From Acidobacteriota bacterium (GTDB taxonomy: Bacteria > Acidobacteriota > Vicinamibacteria > Vicinamibacterales > UBA2999): a DNA stretch of 64,000 nucleotides. The notes under the pieces were generated by a model, which saw only the letters and a list, made by a program, of their open reading frames with translations, was not told the DNA's origin and did no database searches. The stretch is taken from contig JBKPAJ010000065.1 of NCBI GenBank assembly GCA_046726375.1, forward strand, positions 6,724-70,723. The letters run 5' to 3'. Below are positions 54,810 to 63,562 of the stretch, one piece after another. The translations under genes were made by a program, and so were the position numbers. Positions within the stretch are counted from its first letter, which is position 1; each line of letters begins with the position of its first letter.

Positions 54810-55244
54810 TCAGGCGCTCGCCGGCATGGCCTCCAGGCGGCGCCAAAAGAAGTACGAGAGCCCCCAGAGCACGCCGGTGCCCGCCGCAAAGCCCCAGGCC
54901 TCCGGGCCATCTCCCACCGAGAGGTGGGCGATGAGCGCAGAGCCAAGGGTGATCGCGAAGCCGGCGTACGCCCACTCCTTGAGCCGCGCCGGCACCGGCG
55001 CAAGCAGCAGCACCACGCCGAGGAGCTTGGCCCATGTGAGTTCCACCCGGAAGTAGTCGGGGAAGCCGAGGTGCGTGAACGCCTCCGCCACCTGCGGCAG
55101 GCGCAGTTGCGCGTAGGCGGTGAAGCCTATCTGCAGGCAGAAGAGCGCGGTGACGATCCAGAAACCGATGACGATTCCTTTGGAGCGGGGCAGGCTCAGG
55201 TCCATATGCGAGAGGGCGCCGCTGCCTTCTAATGTCACATTCAT
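54810..55244 (-). CDS. DoxX-like family membrane protein
   Basis: 144 aa with four helices. AEAFTHLGFPDYFRVELTWAKLLGVVLLLAP...EWAYAGFAITLGSALIAH is the DoxX-like pattern. Confidence 0.75.
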   Translation of the reverse strand: MNVTLEGSGALSHMDLSLPRSKGIVIGFWIVTALFCLQIGFTAYAQLRLPQVAEAFTHLGFPDYFRVELTWAKLLGVVLLLAPVPARLKEWAYAGFAITLGSALIAHLSVGDGPEAWGFAAGTGVLWGLSYFFWRRLEAMPASA

Positions 55245-55263
55245 GTCGTCCTCCTTTCACCAT

Positions 55264-55290
55264 GACGGATCGCACAGGGTGAATGTGACC
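55264..55290 (-). promoter_or_regulatory. ECF41-type promoter (GGTCACA-N16-CGTC) proximal to the DoxX-like gene
   Basis: The minus strand reads GGTCACA ttcaccctgtgcgatc CGTC and ends 19 nt before ATG 55244, with GGAGGA as RBS. Confidence 0.6.
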
Positions 55291-55305
55291 GCTGCCCCCC
55301 GGCTT

Positions 55306-55332
55306 GGTCACATCAGCGACGTTTCGTCCGTC
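55306..55332 (+). promoter_or_regulatory. ECF41-type promoter (GGTCACA-N16-CGTC) facing the sigma gene
   Basis: The plus strand reads GGTCACA tcagcgacgtttcgtc CGTC, 37 nt upstream of ATG 55370. Confidence 0.6.
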
Positions 55333-55341
55333 AGTTACCAT

Positions 55342-55368
55342 GACGGAGCGCGACGGAGGAATGTGACC
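55342..55368 (-). promoter_or_regulatory. second minus-strand ECF41-type promoter abutting the sigma start codon
   Basis: The minus strand reads GGTCACA ttcctccgtcgcgctc CGTC. The motif ends 1 nt from ATG 55370 on the opposite strand. Confidence 0.5.
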
Positions 55369-55369
55369 G

Positions 55370-56248
55370 ATGCCCACACCTGAGTGGCTCGCTGAGCAAT
55401 TCGAGGAGCACCGCCCTCATTTGCGCGCGGTGGCCTATCGGATGCTCGGGTCAGCGAGCGAGGCAGAGGATGCTGTTCAGGAAAGTTGGATTCGACTCGG
55501 CCGCACCGATGTCGGCGCGGTCGAAAACCTGCGAGCCTGGCTGACAACCGTCGTCGCGCGGGTGTGCCTCGACATGTTGCGGACGCGGACGAGGCGCCGG
55601 GAGGCCCCCTTGGACGTGCACGTGCCTGATCCGGTGATCACTAGCGCCGACGATCCGGAGTCCAACGCCATGCTCGCCGACTCGGTCGGTCTCGCGCTCC
55701 TCGTGGTGCTGGAGGCCCTCGAGCCGGCCGAGCGGCTCGCCTTCGTGCTGCACGACGTGTTCGGCATGACCTTCGATGAGATCGCGCCGATCGTGGAATG
55801 CTCGCCGGTCGCAGCGCGTCAGCTCGCAAGCCGTGCGCGTCGGCGCGTTCAGGGGAACGTTCCTGACGCAGACCGCGACCTGGAGCAGCAGCGGCGTGTC
55901 GTCGATGCGTTCCTCGCCGCCGCTCGCGAGGGCGATTTCGAACGCCTGATGACCGTGCTCGATCCGGACATCGTGTTGCGAGCGGATGGCGGTGCGCTCG
56001 CGAGCGCATCACGGTTTGTGCGAGGGGCCCAGGCGGTCGCCGGTCAGGCCGCGACGTTCTCGAGGCTCGGCTTGTCCAATCAGGTGGTCCTCGTGAATGG
56101 CAATGTCGGGCTTCTGTCGCGCCGGCCCGACGGCCGGCTGTTTTCCGTGATCGGCTTCACGATTGCCCGCGGCAGGATCGTTGCGATGCATATCCTGGCC
56201 GATCCAGAGCGTCTTAAGCGAGTCGATCTGTCGGGCATTGAAAGCTGA
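55370..56248 (+). CDS. ECF sigma factor with SnoaL-like C-terminal extension (ECF41-like, lacks DGGGK/NPDKL)
   Basis: HLRAVAYRMLGSASEAEDAVQESWIRLGR...WLTTVVARVCLDMLRTR (region 2), ERLAFVLHDVFGMTFDEIAPIVECSPVAARQLASRARRRV (region 4), then about 100 aa of NTF2-like tail. Confidence 0.9.
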   Translation: MPTPEWLAEQFEEHRPHLRAVAYRMLGSASEAEDAVQESWIRLGRTDVGAVENLRAWLTTVVARVCLDMLRTRTRRREAPLDVHVPDPVITSADDPESNAMLADSVGLALLVVLEALEPAERLAFVLHDVFGMTFDEIAPIVECSPVAARQLASRARRRVQGNVPDADRDLEQQRRVVDAFLAAAREGDFERLMTVLDPDIVLRADGGALASASRFVRGAQAVAGQAATFSRLGLSNQVVLVNGNVGLLSRRPDGRLFSVIGFTIARGRIVAMHILADPERLKRVDLSGIES

Positions 56249-56357
56249 GCTCTGTCAGAAGCTCGTCAACGACGACCGTCAGCGGACGCCGCGATGGCCG
56301 TGTTGCGGGGAGCCGAGCGACGGCAGCGCGCGCCCGCAACGCGGCTGAACGTCCGCC

Positions 56358-56750
56358 CTACCCACGCAGCAGCTGCGTGACCTGAATGAGATTGCCGCAG
56401 GTGTCGTTCAGCATGGCGATCTTGGAGCCGGTCACGTCCGTGGGTGGCATGGTGAACTCGGCGCCGCGCGCTTTCATCCGCTCGTAATCGGCCTGCACGT
56501 CGTCGGTGAAGAACATGGCCGCGGGCTGGCTTTGCTGAAACATCGCCTGCTGGTAGGCTTTGGCCGCCGGGTTGCCGTTGAGCGCCAGCTGCAGCTCCGT
56601 GCCGTCAGGGTCCTCTGGTGAGGCCACCGTGAGCCAGCGATACGGCCCCTGGCTGAAGTCGGCCTTCTTCACGAAGCCCAGGACTTCGGTATAGAAGCGC
56701 AGGGCTTTCTGCTGTTCGTCGACGTACACGCTGGTCAGCTTGATCTTCAT
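56358..56750 (-). CDS. VOC-family glyoxalase-like protein
   Basis: From ATG 56750: MKIKLTSVYVDEQQKALRFYTEVLGFVKK...GAEFTMPPTDVTGSKIAMLNDTCGNLIQVTQL. The longer track ORF to 57335 is antisense to the sigma gene. Confidence 0.85.
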   Translation of the reverse strand: MKIKLTSVYVDEQQKALRFYTEVLGFVKKADFSQGPYRWLTVASPEDPDGTELQLALNGNPAAKAYQQAMFQQSQPAAMFFTDDVQADYERMKARGAEFTMPPTDVTGSKIAMLNDTCGNLIQVTQLLRG

Positions 56751-56792
56751 CGGTTCCCTCCTGATGTCACATTCGCGGGCGCTGCCGCTCCG

Positions 56793-56819
56793 CGTCACAT
56801 TGTTTGTCGTTCGTCCGTC
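56793..56819 (+). promoter_or_regulatory. ECF41-type promoter (CGTCACA-N16-CGTC) facing the second sigma gene
   Basis: The plus strand reads CGTCACA ttgtttgtcgttcgtc CGTC, 36 nt upstream of ATG 56856. Confidence 0.6.
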
Positions 56820-56827
56820 AACGCTAT

Positions 56828-56854
56828 GACGGAAGGCGACGAGGAAGTGTGACC
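56828..56854 (-). promoter_or_regulatory. minus-strand ECF41-type promoter abutting the sigma start codon, facing the VOC gene
   Basis: The minus strand reads GGTCACA cttcctcgtcgccttc CGTC. It sits in the same position relative to the sigma ATG as 55342-55368. Confidence 0.55.
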
Positions 56855-56855
56855 G

Positions 56856-57734
56856 ATGAACGAACGCGATTATTTGGCCGAGCGATTCGAAGAGCATCGA
56901 ACCCACCTGCGCGCCGTGGCTTACCGGATGCTCGGCTCGTTGAGCGAGGTGGACGACGCCGTTCAGGAAGCGTGGCTGCGACTGAGCCGCGCCGATACCA
57001 CGGGCATCGACAACCTTGGCGGATGGTTGACCACGGTCGTCGCGCGCGTGTGCCTTGACATGCTGCGGTCGCGCACATCGCGGCGCGAGGAGCCGTTCAT
57101 CCCGCACGCGCCGGAGCCGGTCGCGACCGGCACGAGCGGGAGCAGCCCCGAGCAGGAAGCGCTCCTCGCGGATTCGGTCGGGCTCGCGCTGCTCGTCGTG
57201 CTCGACAGGCTGACGCCGGCGGAACGCCTCGCCTTCGTGCTGCACGACATGTTCGCCGTGCCGTTCGAGGAGATCGCACCGATCGTCGGCCGTTCCGCAG
57301 AGGCAACGCGGCAGCTCGCCAGTCGCGCGCGGCACCGCGTGCGCGGCGGCGCGGCGGGGCCCGACTCCAATCTTGTTCGGCAGCGCGGGGTCGTCGATGC
57401 CTTTCTTGCGGCATTACGCAGCGGCGACTTCGAAGGCCTGCTCGCCGTCCTCGATCCGGATCTCGTGGTTCGCACGGACCTCACGGTCCCATCCGGCGCG
57501 CCGACCGAGGTCCGCGGCGCGGCGATCTGGGCGAAGCAGGCGGTCGCCTTCGGGCACCTCGCGCGACTCGTGCGCCCCGCGCTCGTGAATGGGGCCATCG
57601 GCGTCGTGATGGCGCCGCGGGGACGATTGTCCAGAGCGCTCACCTTCAAGATCGCGAACAGCAAGATCACCGAGATCGAGGTCATCGGCGATCCGGCGCG
57701 GCTCGGCGAGCTCGACGTGTCGATCGTCGACTGA
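56856..57734 (+). CDS. ECF sigma factor with SnoaL-like C-terminal extension (paralog of 55370-56248)
   Basis: HLRAVAYRMLGSLSEVDDAVQEAWLRLSR...WLTTVVARVCLDMLRSR, ERLAFVLHDMFAVPFEEIAPIVGRSAEATRQLASRARHRV. Same length (292 aa) as the neighbour. Confidence 0.9.
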   Translation: MNERDYLAERFEEHRTHLRAVAYRMLGSLSEVDDAVQEAWLRLSRADTTGIDNLGGWLTTVVARVCLDMLRSRTSRREEPFIPHAPEPVATGTSGSSPEQEALLADSVGLALLVVLDRLTPAERLAFVLHDMFAVPFEEIAPIVGRSAEATRQLASRARHRVRGGAAGPDSNLVRQRGVVDAFLAALRSGDFEGLLAVLDPDLVVRTDLTVPSGAPTEVRGAAIWAKQAVAFGHLARLVRPALVNGAIGVVMAPRGRLSRALTFKIANSKITEIEVIGDPARLGELDVSIVD

Positions 57735-57857
57735 GATATGCCGATCGACGTGCTCCGTCATCACGTCGCCACGCTCGATGTGACCGGTCGGGGTCGTGAA
57801 GTCGAACACGGTGCATATCGGCGTCGAGCGTGAACTCTCCGGTCACGTTCGTGTTAC

Positions 57858-58103
57858 CTAGCCAGCCGAACTCGAGCGTTCCGGCAAAGTCATCGGTGAT
57901 CGGTCGATGCCGACCTTCAGCGCCACTCCCACGATTGCGAAGGCGTTGATGGCACAGTCGCGGAGTGCCAGGTCGAGCGGCGTCCCCACAAAGCAGGACA
58001 TCGTGATCTTGTCGAAGATGACCTCGCTGGCCTGGGGCTCGAGCTCCGGAACGAGCTGGAACGGCGGCGAGTCCCGGAGAAACGCCGGCTTCACCTGGTC
58101 GAG
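57858..58103 (-). pseudogene. isochorismatase/cysteine-hydrolase-family remnant
   Basis: LVPELEPQASEVIFDKITMSCFVGTPLDLALRDCAINAFAIVGVALKVGI matches the central strands of the family. The N-terminus and the catalytic Cys region are not recoverable in one frame. Confidence 0.4.
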
Positions 58104-58221
58104 CCGCGTGACTCGTCTGCCACGCCATCGCGGTCCGCAGCTGAAACACGCCAGCCGCCTCGCTGGGCAGCGACATGTCCCGACTGGTGGCTCCGAGTCC
58201 AGCCGCGGGCTCCCTCTGGGT

Positions 58222-59484
58222 TCAAGACTGAACGAACGATTCTCCGGTGAAGGGATCCGATGCGGCCCTCTCACGCCGTGCGAGCCAGACGAACGGAATC
58301 GCGAGCGCCTGGGTCGCGGCGCTACAGGCGTACGACGCGGGATAGCCCCAGACGTCGGCGGCGCGGCCGAGAATCGGCTGTGCCACGACGCCGCCGCTCG
58401 AGCCCATCAGTGAGTCGAACGAGAGCACGGTGGCGCGTTGTTCGGACGGGATCAGATCGTTCACGTACGCCTGGCGCACCGGGCTGACGACGGCGAACAC
58501 GAGACCCCAGACGACCAGGAGGGGCACCGCAATCCAGAATCGGGGCACCGCGGCGATCAGCGCGAGGCAGGCGGCACTCAGCATCACCGCGGCCAGCAGG
58601 ACGCTGGTGCGCTGCGGAAACACGCGTGCGAGATGCGGCACGAGCACCCCGCCGCCGATCTGCGCGCCGCCGACGATCGCCGCCGCGAGCCCGGCGATGC
58701 CGTACGCCTTCGTGTCGCCGTACAGCTCGAGCAGGTACGGCTGCATCGCGTAGAACGCGTAGATCGACACGCCGTCGGTGAACATGTTGGCCAGCATCAC
58801 CCAGCGCACGGGCGGATTGCGCAGGCCGTACTGGAGCGCGCGGCTCAGCACGCCGCGCACCTCCTGCAGAGGCCTGCCGGTGCGCTTCGGGGTGAACCCG
58901 ACATCCTTCATCAGCACGAACGCCAGCACGAACGTGATCGCGAGGACGCCCGCGCGAAGGACGTACGGCGCTCCGAGGTTCGTCGCCTGGGCGAGATATC
59001 CGCCGGCGACGGATCCCGTGAGCATCGCGGCGCCCTCGACGATCTCCCCCTTCGCGAACACCGCGTCGAGCGATCCGTCGAACCCTGTCGCCTTCAGCGC
59101 GTCCACCAGCCACGCCTGGACCGCGCCGGAGAAGAACGTGAAGCCGAGGCCGAGCAGTACCGACGCGAGCGCCCACGCCCAGAAGGGCGCGGAGATGCGC
59201 CACATCAGCAGATACAGCAACGTCGAGATCGCCAGCGTCAGCGTGCCGAGCAGATAAGAGAGGCGGCGCCCGCGCACGTCGGCGACGACGCCCGTTGGCA
59301 CCTCGAACAGAACGAGGCCCGCCGTGAAGAACGCGTTCGCGGCAAAGGCCTCGGTGTTGGTCAGTCCGCCATCGAGCAGGAAGAGCGTGTTGATGCCCCA
59401 GATGAATGACGCGGCCAACGTGTTGAGCAGGAGCAGCACGAGGTAGATCTTCTGAACCTGCTCGGCGCTGACGCTGGCGGCCAT
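58222..59484 (-). CDS. MFS transporter
   Basis: 420 aa with about 12 TM helices. The MFS loop motif is GVVADVRGRRLSYLLG. Confidence 0.85.
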   Translation of the reverse strand: MAASVSAEQVQKIYLVLLLLNTLAASFIWGINTLFLLDGGLTNTEAFAANAFFTAGLVLFEVPTGVVADVRGRRLSYLLGTLTLAISTLLYLLMWRISAPFWAWALASVLLGLGFTFFSGAVQAWLVDALKATGFDGSLDAVFAKGEIVEGAAMLTGSVAGGYLAQATNLGAPYVLRAGVLAITFVLAFVLMKDVGFTPKRTGRPLQEVRGVLSRALQYGLRNPPVRWVMLANMFTDGVSIYAFYAMQPYLLELYGDTKAYGIAGLAAAIVGGAQIGGGVLVPHLARVFPQRTSVLLAAVMLSAACLALIAAVPRFWIAVPLLVVWGLVFAVVSPVRQAYVNDLIPSEQRATVLSFDSLMGSSGGVVAQPILGRAADVWGYPASYACSAATQALAIPFVWLARRERAASDPFTGESFVQS

Positions 59485-59493
59485 CGAGCGCTC

Positions 59494-59904
59494 TTACGCG
59501 GACTGCCGCCTTCGGCGACGGGTGGCTGCCGAACGTGCCTGCCGCGAGAGCGCCTTGTGCGACGCGGCGCGCCGGGGCTCGCGCTTCAGCCTTCGCAGCG
59601 ACGCCCGCGATCGTTTCGCCGACGGCTTGCGGCGCCTGGAGCTCTGACCCCCCCGATACGCGCGCGCGGCTTCCTTGCGCGTGCGCGCGGATGCCTGTCC
59701 CTTCTTCGGCGGCTTCAGCTTCACGCCCGCGCGACGGGCCTTCGACAGTCCGATCGCGATCGCCTGCTTCGTCGAGCGGGCGCCATGCTTGCCTTCACGG
59801 ATGTGCTCGATCTCCTCGCGCACGAACTCGCTGGCCTGCGTGGACGGCGACTTTCCTTCCCGCTTCGCCTGCCGCGCACGCTCCACGGTCTTACGTTCAG
59901 GCAT
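59494..59904 (-). CDS. small highly basic protein (DUF6496-like N-terminal domain plus Arg/Lys-rich tail)
   Basis: GGGAGG RBS before ATG 59904. VERARQAKREGKSPSTQASEFVREEIEHIREGKHGARSTKQAIAIGLSKARRAGVK, then a low-complexity basic tail. Confidence 0.65.
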   Translation of the reverse strand: MPERKTVERARQAKREGKSPSTQASEFVREEIEHIREGKHGARSTKQAIAIGLSKARRAGVKLKPPKKGQASARTRKEAARAYRGGQSSRRRKPSAKRSRASLRRLKREPRRAASHKALSRQARSAATRRRRRQSA

Positions 59905-60182
59905 ACGTCACCTCCCGAATCGATGGTCGAGGGATGCACGCCGACGGCCAGTGACAAGCTCAGCCAGCGGCAACCGGTAGTTCGGACGGTCAAACAGACA
60001 AGGCCGATCGAGTGTTCAGACCCAGGTAGGACGGCGTTGTACGGGGTATCGCCGATCGGTCAGTCTTGTTCACCCTAGAAAGAACAGGACCATGAACAGA
60101 CTCAGAACAGACTCAGTGCTTGCATCGCGTTTGCTACAAGAACAACTTCGCTCCCATACCTCGCGTTCCTGGGACCCAGGGA

Positions 60183-63100
60183 GTGATCCTAGCCGAGTTC
60201 GCGATTAGGATCGTCCGGCGACGGCGGTTAGCGTCTTCACGCTGCTGCAAACTCACGCCATGGCGGTGCTTCAGGTGAGCAACTTCACAACAACACGGCC
60301 AGCGATATCACCACTATCGGGCCCGGCGCCGACCTGACGATCAACAAGAGCCATTCGGGCAACTTTCTCCAGGGGCAGACCGGGGCAACCTACACCATCA
60401 CGGTAACCAACTCCGGCACTGGGCCTACCAGCGGCCTGGTGACGGTCACCGACAGCGTTCCCGGCGGACTAGTCCCGACATCGACAGGGGGCGCCGGCTG
60501 GACTTGTAATTTCGTCGGGCAGGATGTGACCTGCACCCGGAGCGATCCTCTGCTGGTGGGACAGGGTTACCCAATCATACTCACGGTCACTGTCCAGCCT
60601 GGCGCTCCCAGTTCAGTGACGAACCAGGCAACTGTTGCGGGCGGCGCGGATGTTAATACGACGAACAACACCGCTAGCGATCCGACTACCATTATCCCCG
60701 GCGCCGACCTGACCATCACCAAGAGCCATACCGGAAACTTCACCCAGGGGCAGACGGGAGCGACCTACACCCTCACGCTGGCCAACGGCGGCGTCCCGAC
60801 CAGCGGCGCCGTCATTCTTGCCGACAGCCTCCCGGCCGGCCTCGTTCCAACGGCGGCCAGTGGTACTGGTTGGACCTGCGGTGTCGCGGGCGCAACGGTC
60901 AATTGTTCTCGAAGCGACCCGCTGTCCCCGGCAGGAAGCTACGGCCCGATCACGGTCACGGTTGATGTGGCGATTAGCGCCCCGTCATCGGTGACCAACA
61001 CAGCGACGATCGCCGGCGGCGGGGACGTCAATACAGCGAACAACACCGCAATGGACATCGCCACAGTGATTCCCGGGCCGGACCTCCTCCTCTCCAAGAG
61101 CCACGTGGGAAATTTCATGGCTGGACAGACCGGCGCACAGTTTACGGTGACCGTGACCAATAGCGGCGGCGCCCCGACCAGCGGGATGGTCACGGTGGTC
61201 GGCAGCACGCCGACTGGGCTGGTGCCGACAGCGGCGAGCGGAGCGGGTTGGACCTGCGGCGTCACCGGTTCCACGATCACGTGCTCCCGAAGCGACCCGC
61301 TGGCCCCGGGAGCAGGCTATGGCCCGATCACGGTCACGGTGGATGTGGCGATCAGCCCCCGTCATCAGTGACTAATACGGCGGCCGTCTCCGGGGGCGGC
61401 GATATCAATACGACGAACAACACCGCCACGGATTCGGTCACGATCCAGGCCACGACCGATCTCGCGATCACCAAGACGGATGGCCAGCCGACCTACGTGG
61501 CGGGCGCGGCGATCGCTTACACGATTACGGTGACTAATGCCGGACCGGCGACGGCGAGCGGGTTCAGCATCGCCGACAACGTGCCAACGACGATCGTTGG
61601 TGTCACAGCGGGCTCGCGGTTGTTGGTTCGGGCAGCTGCGGCACCAACAGTTCCGTCGGCAACAGTGTGAGCTTCGCCAATGCGAGTCTCGCGCCCGGCG
61701 CCGGTCACCAGCTCACTCTCACGATCACCGGCATGGTCGACCCCACCGCGACGGGCACCCTGGTGAACACCGCGACCGTCACACCAGGCGCCAACCAGAC
61801 CGATCCCAACTCGGCCAACAACACAGCCACGGATACGAATACCCAAGCCACGCCAGCGACGATCGCGAGCATTACACCGGACACGGGTCCGCCCGCGGGC
61901 GGCACGCCAATCACGATCGTCGGCACCAACTTCACCGCGGGCGCGACGGTGACGATCGGTGGGCTCGCGGCCGCGAGCGTCGTGGTCGTCAACACGACGA
62001 CGATCACCGCCGTGACGCCCGCGCATGCGGCGGGCACGGTGGATGTGACGGTCACGGTCGCGGGCCCGCGCAGCGTGACGCTCACAGGCGGATTCCAGTA
62101 TCAGGTGACAGAGCGGCGGCTCACGCTCACGACGACGGGCGCCGGCACCGGGCGCATCATCAGTCTGCCTGCCGGCATCGCGTGCGGTGTGACGTGCTCG
62201 GCCCTCTTCCCGACCGACTCGCTGGTGGAATTGGTCGCGATTCCAGCGGCGGATGCGACGTTTGCCGGCTGGACGGGCGCCGCGGATTGCGCCGTCGGCC
62301 GCGTGACGCTGGCGACGGACACTGCATGCACGGCGCGCTTCGAGCTGATCAGCGACAAGACCCCGCTCGACTTCCATGGCGATGGCCTGGGCGATCTCGT
62401 CGCGTATGCGCCGCCGCCGCTTGGCGTGCCGTCCGGGAGCTTGTTCGGTGGGCGCGTCCTGCTGAGCGAATCCTCCGGCGTCCTCCGCGCGGGCGACTTC
62501 AACAGTGATGGCCGCAGCGACGTTCTCTCGTACGACCCGGTGAGCGGCGCCTGGAATGTGACTATCACGGGCGACGGCAGCTTCAGCGGCGTTGTCGCCG
62601 CGCGTCGCTCGCCGCTCACGATCGAGCTCGATGGCGATGGTCGCACCGATATCGCCCTCGTCGATCCGACAACAGGGGAAATCCAGCTGTGCTCGGCGAC
62701 GACGTTCCCTGTCTGCGCTGCCACTGTGGCAGCACCGGCTGGCGCCGCGGTCTACCCGCTCGACGCCGACGGCAACGGCCGCGGCGACCTGCTCGCGTAT
62801 GTGCCGGCGACCGGGCAGCTGCAGTTCCTCTTGAGTGGAGTGGCGGCAGCGATCGGCCCGAGCGGCGCAGACCTCACGGTGGCCGACGTCAATAGCGACG
62901 GCCGCAGCGATCTGATCTTCGTCAACGGTACGACCGGTGTCGCAACGCTCGCGATGAACCGACCAACTGGATTCACGTTCGGCAGCGCGACGGTGGGCAC
63001 TGGATGGACGCTGCGGCGAGCTCGTTTGAACACCGACGCGTTCGATGATCTGGCCGCCTACCACGCGGCAACCGGCACCGTGCTGCGGCTGCTCAGCAAC

Positions 63101-63322
63101 GGCGACGGTAGCTTTGCGGTGATCGCCGATATGATTGTGTCGAATCGCGAGCTCTCCGTTGCGGATCTGAACGGCGATGGCGTGAGCGACGGGTTCTTCT
63201 ACGATCCGGCGACTGGGGTGAGTGGAATTGCTCTCTCGCTCGGCTCGAGCAGCTACGTTGGTGTGCCACTGCTCCTGCCGCAGGGATTGACGCTGCTGAT
63301 GCAAGGAGGGTTCACGCCGTAG
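60183..63322 (+). pseudogene. large surface protein: signal peptide, 4 DUF11-type repeats, IPT/TIG-like domain, FG-GAP/VCBS-like repeats; at least four -1 frame breaks
   Basis: The frames run 0 > 2 > 1 > 0 > 2, with breaks near 60225, 60290, 61355 and 61607. The pieces are RIVRRRRL / AVSVFTLLQTHAMA (signal-like), the DUF11 units GADLTI(N/T)KSH...TVT(V/L)...SSVTN.A.V.GG.D.NT.NNTA, then ITPDTGPPAGGTPITIVGTNFTAGATV (IPT), then repeated DFxGDGxxDL / DxNxDGRSD units. Confidence 0.7.
60325..61830 (+). repeat. 375-bp tandem coding repeats (three close copies plus a diverged fourth)
   Basis: Unit starts are at 60325, 60700 and 61075 (period exactly 375 bp) and 61449 (one base short). The 1-nt loss is visible as AGCCCCCGTCATC versus AGCGCCCCGTCATC in the preceding unit. 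Confidence 0.85.
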
Positions 63323-63562
63323 CCGCACGCAATCAAGTCGTGGCTCTCTGCCATTGCCGATGCGGAGTTCGCGGGGCGCGCGAAGCGCGAAAGCGCGTAT
63401 AGTTGCCCGCCTCGCGTCTGAGACGCGACTGCCTCGTACTTCCAGCAGGCCCTCGCGCAGTAGCTGACGAGAGCCGCAATATCCGTCGTCAGCCATCGCC
63501 CAATGGCGTCGTCGAAGTGTGTACTGGGCCCACGTCCGCGGTCGCTCGCGCCGCCAACTCCG

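Noticed and set aside
56765-56791. Perfect TGTCACA heptamers at 56765-56771 (+) and 55233-55239 (+) as additional ECF41 promoters.
   Set aside because: Neither is followed by CGTC at N15-N17 (the downstream bases are CTCC and TTCA). The second lies inside the DoxX-like coding start. They are probably half-sites or chance matches.
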